This document shows, piece by piece, positions 57,437 to 64,000 of a DNA stretch of 64,000 nt (positions are counted from its first letter, which is position 1; every line of letters begins with the position of its first letter). The position numbers and the translations under genes are program-made. Below the pieces are notes generated by a model, which was not told the DNA's origin, ran no database searches, and saw only the letters and a list, made by a program, of their open reading frames with translations. Source of the stretch: Actinomycetales bacterium (GTDB taxonomy: Bacteria; Actinomycetota; Actinomycetes; Actinomycetales; CAVURS01); NCBI GenBank assembly GCA_045807245.1, contig JBJMHS010000007.1:1-64000 (forward strand). The letters are read 5' to 3'.

Positions 57437-58308
57437 GAGGACTCCTTGATCCGGATCATTCCCTCCTGGCCGATGGTGGCCGCGTGCACACCTTCGGCCG
57501 TGAACATCCGACCGATGCCGAGCCCCCGCCCACCATGGGCCGACGGGCTTTCGGTCGCGTACAGGATCCAGCCGTCCGCGCGGACCGGGCGGTGGAACCA
57601 CATCGCATGATCCAGCGACGCCGGCCGTAGCCGCCGGTCAGCCCAGGAGACTCCGTGTGCTCGCAGGGCCGACTCGAGGATCGAGTAGTCGGACGCGTAC
57701 GCCAGCACCGCACTGTGCAGCAGCGGGTCGTCCGGCAGCTCGCCGTACGTCCGCATCCACACCGCCTGGTGCGCGCGCAGCTCCGGGTCGGGGATGACGT
57801 AGATCGGCACCTCGATGTGCCGGATGTCGATCGGGCGGTTCTGCTCCCACGCCCGGGCGACGGGGGAGTCGATCCCGGCGAGGTAGTCCCGCATGGGCGT
57901 CAGCTCGTGCGGCCCCGGCTCGGACGGCATCGGGTCCTGGTGGTCGAGCCCGCGGGCGGGCGTCTGGAACGACGCGATCATCGACAGGATCGGCACACCG
58001 TGCTGCAACGCATGCGTGCGCCGCGCGGAGAACGAGTTGCCGTCGCGCAGGCGCTCCACGCTGAACTCGATCGGCTCGTTGCTGTCGCCCGGCCGCAGGA
58101 AGTACCCGTGCATCGAGTGCACCGCCCGGTCCTCGGGCACCGACCGACCGGCGGCGATCAGCGACTGGGCCAGCACCTGCCCGCCGTACACGCGGCCGTG
58201 GGGCATCGGCTGGCTGCGACCGGCGAACAGGTAGTGCTCGCCCTCCCGACCCGCCGGGTCGAGCGGTGACAGGTCCAGCACGTCCACCAGGTCGGCGAGC
58301 GCGTCCAC
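57433..58308 (-). CDS. tesB: Acyl-CoA thioesterase II
   Basis: VYGGQVLAQ, SMHGYFLRPG, LAYASD, SLDHAMWFH and QEG. Confidence 0.94.
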   Translation of the reverse strand: MDALADLVDVLDLSPLDPAGREGEHYLFAGRSQPMPHGRVYGGQVLAQSLIAAGRSVPEDRAVHSMHGYFLRPGDSNEPIEFSVERLRDGNSFSARRTHALQHGVPILSMIASFQTPARGLDHQDPMPSEPGPHELTPMRDYLAGIDSPVARAWEQNRPIDIRHIEVPIYVIPDPELRAHQAVWMRTYGELPDDPLLHSAVLAYASDYSILESALRAHGVSWADRRLRPASLDHAMWFHRPVRADGWILYATESPSAHGGRGLGIGRMFTAEGVHAATIGQEGMIRIKESS

Positions 58309-58404
58309 GCATCCTCCTTGACAGCCCCGGCCGGAGTACCGAGGCTGGTAAGCAAGCGCTTAGTTCACGCGTCACCCTAGTACGCGCCGGACACTGGAGG
58401 CTTC

Positions 58405-59550
58405 GTGCAGCGGACCATCTTCGAGCCCGAGCACGAGGCCCTACGGGCCAGCGCCAAGGAGTTCCTCGCCCGCAGCGTGCTGCCTCGCTGGGACGAGTTC
58501 ATCGCGGCGCATGCGTTCCCGCGCGACCTGTGGGTCGAGGCCGGCAAGCAGGGTCTGCTCGGCCTGAACGTCCCGGAGGAGTACGGCGGCGCTGGCCGCG
58601 TCGACTGGCGGTTCACCGTCGTCGTGGCTGAGGAGTTCGCTCGCACCTCGGCCGCCCTGTCGTCGTGCTTCGGGATCCACTCCGACGTCGTCGCCCCGTA
58701 CCTCGTCGACCTGACCACACCCGAGCAGCGCGAGCGGTGGCTGCCGAGGTTCTGCACCGGTGAGCTGGTCACCGCGCTCGCGATGACCGAGCCGAGCGGC
58801 GGCAGCGACCTGGCCAACCTCAGGACCACGGCCGTCCGCGATGGCGACGACTTCATCCTCAACGGATCGAAGACCTTCATCACGAACGGTTTCAGTGCCG
58901 ACCTGATCGTCGTGGCCGCGTCGACGGATCCGGCGCAGCGCGCTCGCGGCATCACGCTGTTCGCGGTCGAGGACGGCATGTCCGGCTTCACCCGCGGCCG
59001 CAAGCTGGACAAGGTCGGGCAGGACGAGTCGGACACGGCGGAGCTGTTCTTCAGCGACGTGCGGGTGCCGATGGCGAACGTGGTCGGCGCGGTGGACCGC
59101 GGGTTCGTGCACATGATGGAGCGGCTGGTCCAGGAGCGGATCGGCTCGGCGGTCAACAACATCGCCCACGCACGCGGCGTTCTGGACGAGACGCTGGAGT
59201 ACGTCAAGGAGCGCACCGCCTTCGGTACGCCGATCGGGTCGTTCCAGTACAACAAGTTCCGGCTCGCGGAGCTGGTCACGCAGGCCGACGTCACCCAGGC
59301 GTTCGTCGACCAGTGCGTCATGGCCCACGTTCGAGGGGAGCTGAGCGCCGTAGACGCGGCGAAGGCCAAGTGGTGGACCGCGCAGGTGCAGAACGACATC
59401 ACCGACGCCTGCGTCCAGCTATACGGGGGCTACGGATACATGAACGAGTACCGGATCGGGCGCGCCTGGCGTGACGCCCGCGTGACCAAGATCTGGGCCG
59501 GGTCGAACGAGATCATGAAGGAGATCATCGGCCGCGACCTGGGCCTCTAG
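58405..59550 (+). CDS. Acyl-CoA dehydrogenase (long-chain type)
   Basis: AMTEPSGGSD, NGSKTFITNG, GGYGYMNEY and IWAGSNEIMK. Confidence 0.95.
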   Translation: MQRTIFEPEHEALRASAKEFLARSVLPRWDEFIAAHAFPRDLWVEAGKQGLLGLNVPEEYGGAGRVDWRFTVVVAEEFARTSAALSSCFGIHSDVVAPYLVDLTTPEQRERWLPRFCTGELVTALAMTEPSGGSDLANLRTTAVRDGDDFILNGSKTFITNGFSADLIVVAASTDPAQRARGITLFAVEDGMSGFTRGRKLDKVGQDESDTAELFFSDVRVPMANVVGAVDRGFVHMMERLVQERIGSAVNNIAHARGVLDETLEYVKERTAFGTPIGSFQYNKFRLAELVTQADVTQAFVDQCVMAHVRGELSAVDAAKAKWWTAQVQNDITDACVQLYGGYGYMNEYRIGRAWRDARVTKIWAGSNEIMKEIIGRDLGL

Positions 59551-60179
59551 TACCGCTCGCCCGCCTCGACCGGGGCCTTCAGCACGTTCCCTGGTGGCGC
59601 CAGCGGGCACTGCCACTTGTCGTCGTACCGGCAGGAGGGGTGGTAGGCAAAGTTGAGGTCCACGACGATGCGCCCGTCCGGGCCCCCGAGGTCCGCGCCC
59701 CCGAGGTCCGCGCCCTTGGCCGTGTCGAGCAGATAGCGCCCGGCGCCGTACGTCGTGCGGCCGGCGGTGCCGTCCTTGAGCGGGACGAACAGCCCCCCGC
59801 CGTACTGCTCGAGCCACCAGCAGTCGAGCGTCCCGTCGATCGGCGCGGGCAGCGACAGACGGCCGATCAACCGCATGCGGATCTCGCCGTCGTTCGCGGA
59901 GTTGACCAGTCGCAGCTCGCCGTCGTCGACCGGCTCGATCGTCAGCTCCCAGCGCAGCGCAGGGTCGTACGGCCACACCGGCACGCCGGTCGTGCGCATC
60001 GGGTCGCCCGGGGTCAATGGGCTCTGCGGGTGCGACCGGAGCAGGGTGTCCCGCCCCGCCTGCCAGACCTGGTGCCCGGTGGCCGGGTCAGCCTCGGCCC
60101 GGACCGCGGCATACATCTCGGCGACGCGGCGCCGCCAGTCGAGCAACTCGACCTTGGGGCCCGGCTCGGAAAGCGTCAT
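59547..60179 (-). CDS. DUF1684 domain protein
   Basis: HPQSPL, TYGAGRYL, DLNFAYHPSC and CPLAP. Confidence 0.88.
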   Translation of the reverse strand: MTLSEPGPKVELLDWRRRVAEMYAAVRAEADPATGHQVWQAGRDTLLRSHPQSPLTPGDPMRTTGVPVWPYDPALRWELTIEPVDDGELRLVNSANDGEIRMRLIGRLSLPAPIDGTLDCWWLEQYGGGLFVPLKDGTAGRTTYGAGRYLLDTAKGADLGGADLGGPDGRIVVDLNFAYHPSCRYDDKWQCPLAPPGNVLKAPVEAGERY

Positions 60180-60209
60180 GCGCGCCGGCCTTTCATGCGC
60201 ACCGGTATT

Positions 60210-61076
60210 TCATGGGCACAGGCTAGGCGGCCCGGCCGCGATGCGGCGATCGAGCTCGCGCCTGCCCTGCGGCGTGGGTTTCAGGTCCCACGCGCCCTCG
60301 ACCCACCACGTGCCTCCGGCCTCCGCCCACACGGCCGGGTCGCCAGGATCCGTGCGGCCCTCGCCGTGTGACCGCCCCTCGACGATGACGTCGTACCCCT
60401 CCCACGGCAGTCCCGCCTCCGCCCGGACTTCGCCGGTCCTCGCCACGAGCTTGGCCAGGCTGTCCGGGGTCGCCGTCTCGCCCGGCCCCGTCTCGCCGAT
60501 CACGCACGGCAGCAAGCCTTCCCAGCGCGCCGCGCGAACGAGCGATGGTGTGCGCTCGGCGCCGTCGGGTCCGATCCGGGCGGCACCGACCACCCACACC
60601 GGTGGGTGCGGCTGTTGGGCCGGAGGGTCCGGGAGCATGAAGTCGGTGGGCCGCACGTGGTAGTGCCGTCCGTCGTACTCGAACGGTTGGCCGTGCATCA
60701 GCCCGGCGTAGATGGCTAGTCCCTCATCGAGCAGCTGCGCCCGCTTGGCCCGCCCCTCGTCCGGCTCGAACGCCGTCCAGCCCGGATGGCAGGCCCCGAG
60801 ACCGACGCAGAGCTGGACGCGTCCTCCGCTCAGCCGGTCGAGCGAGCTCACCCGGGAGGCGAGGTCCCACGGCTTCATGCGCGGGAGCGGAGAGAGCAAC
60901 GTCCCGATCCTGATCCGGTCGGTGACCATGGCCGCAGCGGTCAGGCTCACCCAGGCGTCGTCGCCCCAGATCGCCTCCCAGTCGAAGATCGCGTCCCATC
61001 CGGCCGCCTCCGCCGCGACCGCCCGGTCTGCGACCGAGCGGGCATCACCGAACGGGACGACGAATCCGAAGCGCAT
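60210..61076 (-). CDS. LLM class flavin-dependent oxidoreductase
   Basis: AEAAGWD, AAMVTDRIRIG and LDRLSGGR. Confidence 0.9.
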   Translation of the reverse strand: MRFGFVVPFGDARSVADRAVAAEAAGWDAIFDWEAIWGDDAWVSLTAAAMVTDRIRIGTLLSPLPRMKPWDLASRVSSLDRLSGGRVQLCVGLGACHPGWTAFEPDEGRAKRAQLLDEGLAIYAGLMHGQPFEYDGRHYHVRPTDFMLPDPPAQQPHPPVWVVGAARIGPDGAERTPSLVRAARWEGLLPCVIGETGPGETATPDSLAKLVARTGEVRAEAGLPWEGYDVIVEGRSHGEGRTDPGDPAVWAEAGGTWWVEGAWDLKPTPQGRRELDRRIAAGPPSLCP

Positions 61077-61133
61077 AGCCGGAGACCTTAGGCGGGAGCA
61101 CTGACAACGTTCGGCCTAGGACAGGATGGAGCC

Positions 61134-61574
61134 ATGCCGTCGTACCGCGCCCTCGTGCCCATGCGCTGGTCGGACATGGACATCTACCGGCACATCAACA
61201 ACGTTCAGATCGTCCGGTTGCTGGAGGACGCGCGGGTGCAGGCGTTCAGCGCCTGGGACGACCCGGGCTCGGAGCCCGTGCTCGAGCGCGGTGTTCTGGT
61301 GGCTCGCACCGAGGTGGAGTACCTGCGCCAGCTCGACTTCCGGCTCGATCCGATCGCGATCGACCTTTGGGTCAGTCGGCTCTCCGGAGCGACCATCGAG
61401 CTCGGCTACGAGGTGCGCGAGCCGGAAGACGAGAGTGAGCCGTACGCGCGCGCCGAGAGCACGCTGGTGATGTTCGACCTCGCGGCCAACCGGCCGCGCC
61501 GGCTCAGCCCGGCCGAGATCGAGCGGATGCAGAAGTGGACGGGCGAGCCGGTGAGGATGCGATGGCGACGGTGA
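61134..61574 (+). CDS. Acyl-CoA thioesterase (4HBT/hot-dog fold)
   Basis: RWSDMDIYRHINN..LEDAR. Confidence 0.92.
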   Translation: MPSYRALVPMRWSDMDIYRHINNVQIVRLLEDARVQAFSAWDDPGSEPVLERGVLVARTEVEYLRQLDFRLDPIAIDLWVSRLSGATIELGYEVREPEDESEPYARAESTLVMFDLAANRPRRLSPAEIERMQKWTGEPVRMRWRR

Positions 61575-62221
61575 GGGCAACGTCGTCGCTCACGGTCCCG
61601 GACGCCGAGACGTTGCGGGACCTCACGACGTACATCTCGCGCGCGCGCCGGGTGGATCCGGACGGCGCCTGCCGGATGGTCGCCGGCGGGGGAGTGCTGG
61701 CGGTGTACGTGTCGCCGGTGCACGGTGCGCCCGGGCCGACTGTCCTGGGTCTGCGCGCGGTCGGCCTGGCCGACGGAGCGGCTGAGCTCGACGCGACCGT
61801 GCCCCTGGCGGCGCTGGGCGACCGGCTCGCTGCGGCGTCCCAGGACGCGGTGGAGCTGCCGGTGCCACCGATGCGTACGACGGATGCGACCTGGGCGGGC
61901 GTCTCACCGCCGCGGACCGGGTGGGATCTGCGTACGGCGCTCGACCCGGCCGACCTCGTCAGCGCCTCTCGGGCGGGGATCGAGGAGATCGCGGCGGCCG
62001 TGCCGGAGGCAGTCGGTGGGCACGTCGTGGCTCAGGTGCGTGCCGTGGTCTGGGGCCGCGAGCTGCCGACACTGCATGGTGTCGCCGCCGGGGCGGCTTA
62101 CGCCGCCGACTCGCTGGGCTTCCTGGACCCCGAGCAACCGGTCGCCGTGCGGCAAGCCGGACCGTGGTGGCGGCTCAGTACGACGCGCGGTCACGTCCTC
62201 GTCCGCACTGCTCTTCTCTAG
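61571..62221 (+). CDS. Conserved actinobacterial hypothetical protein coupled to the thioesterase
   Basis: GTGA overlap; DLTTYISRA, WAGVSPP..GW, LGFL and W.RL..RG.V pattern. Confidence 0.75.
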   Translation: MRATSSLTVPDAETLRDLTTYISRARRVDPDGACRMVAGGGVLAVYVSPVHGAPGPTVLGLRAVGLADGAAELDATVPLAALGDRLAAASQDAVELPVPPMRTTDATWAGVSPPRTGWDLRTALDPADLVSASRAGIEEIAAAVPEAVGGHVVAQVRAVVWGRELPTLHGVAAGAAYAADSLGFLDPEQPVAVRQAGPWWRLSTTRGHVLVRTALL

Positions 62222-62296
62222 GCGGGGAACCGGTCGCCGGACCTACTGCGTACCCGTGGTGTTCGCCAAACACTTCGAGGGAAGCGGTGACGGGCA

Positions 62297-62911
62297 ATGT
62301 TCGAGGTCACCGCAATCTTCGCGGTCCTCGGTGGGGCGTTGGGTGCGGCCGAGTCGGTCCCCTACCTGCGCGACACCTGGCGCCGCTCGACCGTCCCGCA
62401 CCGCGGCTCCTGGTTGATCTGGGGCGTGATCGAGGTCGTCGCGGTCGAGTCGCAGCTCGCGGATGGGGCGCGATGGAGCCTGGTGCCGCTCATCGCCCAG
62501 GCGGCAGGCACGTGCCTGGTGTTCGCCCTGTCGATGATGCTCGGGAGCGGCGGGCTCAGCCGAGTCGAGCTCACCCTCATCGCGCTCGCCGGCGTCGGCC
62601 TGCTCGGGTGGTTCGTTGCCGACGAGCCGGTCTTCGCCACCGTGTGCGTGATCGTCGCCGACTTCATCGCGGCGGTCATGATGCTCCCCAAAGCGTGGAC
62701 CGACCCCCACTCGGAGACCATGTCCACCTTCGCCTTGGCCTCACTTGCCGGTGTGGCGGCCGTGGGCTCGGTGGGCGAGCGGTCCCTTCCCCTGCTCATC
62801 TACCCCGTGTACTTCGCCCTCATCAACGCGGGCCTGACTCTGGTTCTCCGCCAACGACGCAGTCACCACCTACTATCGTCCGCACGCCCGCTTGCACACC
62901 GCCATCACTGA
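62297..62911 (+). CDS. Multi-pass membrane protein, unknown function
   Basis: PYLRDT, SWLIW, KAW.DP.SE and YPVY; several TM segments. Confidence 0.75.
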   Translation: MFEVTAIFAVLGGALGAAESVPYLRDTWRRSTVPHRGSWLIWGVIEVVAVESQLADGARWSLVPLIAQAAGTCLVFALSMMLGSGGLSRVELTLIALAGVGLLGWFVADEPVFATVCVIVADFIAAVMMLPKAWTDPHSETMSTFALASLAGVAAVGSVGERSLPLLIYPVYFALINAGLTLVLRQRRSHHLLSSARPLAHRHH

Positions 62912-62922
62912 GGAGGTTCGCG

Positions 62923-63531
62923 TTGCCGCACACCACGTGCCACATGTCGATCTCGTTGGACGGCTTCGTCGCCGGACCGCACCAGAGCCGGGACGAGCCG
63001 CTGGGCCAGCGCGGAATGGAGCTGCACGGCTGGCACATCGGCGACCCGCGGGCCAACGAGGCTGACCAGATCGCCAGCGACTGGCTGATGCGGCCTCGCG
63101 GGGCGTATGTGATGGGGCGGAACATGTTCGGCCCGGTCCGTGGTGACTGGGATGAGGACTGGTCCGGCTGGTGGGGACCCGAACCGCCGTATCACGCGCC
63201 GGTTTTCGTGCTGACCCATCACGCCCACGATCCGATCCAGATGGACGGCGGGACGACGTTTCATTTCGTCACCGAGGGTTTCGACGCGGCCTACTCCGCA
63301 GCGCTTGAGGCCGCCGGAGAGGACGGCGTGGACATCGCCGGTGGCGCGTCGACCGTCCGGCAGGCATTGGTGGCCGGGGTGATCGACGAGCTCACCCTTG
63401 ACCTCGTGCCCGTCCTGCTTGGTTCGGGGGAGCGCATCTTCGACGGGGTCGAGTCCTTCGGCTTCGAACCTGCCGAGGTGCTGCACTCACCACTGAGCAC
63501 CCACATCCGCTATCGCCGCGTCGGCCGGTAG
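62923..63531 (+). CDS. Dihydrofolate reductase / RibD C-terminal family protein
   Basis: AGGAGG RBS plus TTG; SISLDGFVAG, MGRNMF, AGGAST and PVLLGSGERIF. Confidence 0.9.
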   Translation: MPHTTCHMSISLDGFVAGPHQSRDEPLGQRGMELHGWHIGDPRANEADQIASDWLMRPRGAYVMGRNMFGPVRGDWDEDWSGWWGPEPPYHAPVFVLTHHAHDPIQMDGGTTFHFVTEGFDAAYSAALEAAGEDGVDIAGGASTVRQALVAGVIDELTLDLVPVLLGSGERIFDGVESFGFEPAEVLHSPLSTHIRYRRVGR

Positions 63532-63747
63532 GTGAGCTCCTGGGTGCCGCCGTCTAAGGTGCGGGACTCCAACAGCTCCAGGTCGAAGTCCCCGGCGCCG
63601 CAGAAGATCGGCTCGTCACCGTCTGGGCCGCAATCACCGGGAAGAGGGTGATCCGGACCCGGTCGACGAGCCCCGCGGCCATGAGCGTCGAAGGGGCCTT
63701 GCAGCGTGGACGAGACGACGGTGGTCGAACGTGTACGTCGCCGTCAT
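63510..63747 (-). pseudogene. Second DHFR-family gene, internally deleted pseudogene
   Basis: Fragments MTATYTFD / TVVSSTLQGPFD / LMAAGLVDRVRITLFPVI / GDEPIF..DFDLELLESRTLDGGTQELTYRP in changing frames. Confidence 0.8.
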
Positions 63748-63789
63748 GGGTTCCACATTCTCAGGGCGAGTCTGTCAGTGGCCAAATGC

Positions 63790-63805
63790 GTAACATAGTG
63801 GTTAC
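63790..63805. promoter_or_regulatory. Putative ArsR autoregulatory operator
   Basis: GTAAC-N6-GTTAC inverted repeat 8 nt upstream of the ArsR start. Confidence 0.65.
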
Positions 63806-63813
63806 ATGTCCGT

Positions 63814-64000
63814 GTGGACGAGGTGGCGGCAGCGATCGCTGACCGGGTGCGGCGCGACATCGTCATGATGCTGCGCCACCAGCGTCTTCCCGCCGGGCAG
63901 ATCGCCGACCGGTTCCCGATCAGCCGACCGGCCGTCAGCCGACATCTGCGGGTACTGCGGGAATGCGGTCTGGTCCGCCAAAGCCTCGTCGGCCGACAGC
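63814..64000 (+). CDS. ArsR/SmtB family regulator (3' truncated by window)
   Basis: VDEVAAAIADRVRRDIV..AGQIADRFPISRPAVSRHLRVLRECGLV; not in the ORF track. Confidence 0.9.
   Translation, partial: MDEVAAAIADRVRRDIVMMLRHQRLPAGQIADRFPISRPAVSRHLRVLRECGLVRQSLVGRQ

Noticed and set aside
61102..61111. TGACAACGTT as a third LacI operator
   Set aside because: The right half of the palindrome is missing and it is far from the sugar genes.
61921..62922. N-terminal part of the 536-aa ORF as a large DHFR fusion
   Set aside because: It overlaps two real genes in other frames; AGGAGG plus TTG at 62923 gives the true start.

Overview
High-GC actinobacterial chromosome window with three blocks. (1) About 1-21.3 kb is a general-stress island. 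It holds a SigB/SigF-type sigma factor and a translationally coupled operon for NDP-heptose synthesis (GmhA, HldE, GT2-GmhB fusion) with a NodU/CmcH carbamoyltransferase and several GT2/GT4/GT9 glycosyltransferases. It also holds a UDP-GlcA decarboxylase, SDRs, an ankyrin protein, a CYP152, a ligase-less LigD (PE-Pol) and a PLP decarboxylase. Six genes share a G[TC]nT-N15-GGGTA promoter, and five of them have the start codon exactly 10 nt downstream (leaderless SigB/F regulon). (2) About 21.3-44.7 kb is an accessory, partly decayed region ending at an IS481-like right end 1 nt from the CCA of tRNA-Lys(CTT). It contains a LacI-controlled sugar ABC transporter, an ECF/anti-sigma pair, an IS3 remnant, several pseudogenes, many secreted beta-propeller proteins and a BTAD-STAND-TM-WD40 regulator. 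(3) About 44.7-64 kb is conserved backbone: tRNA-Lys, tRNA-His, orn, prsW, tRNA-Arg, a dynamin-like GTPase pair, ssbB, a sugar porter, ettA, acyl-CoA metabolism genes, a DHFR-family gene and a partial ArsR. All calls come from reading motifs by eye; no database searches were run.
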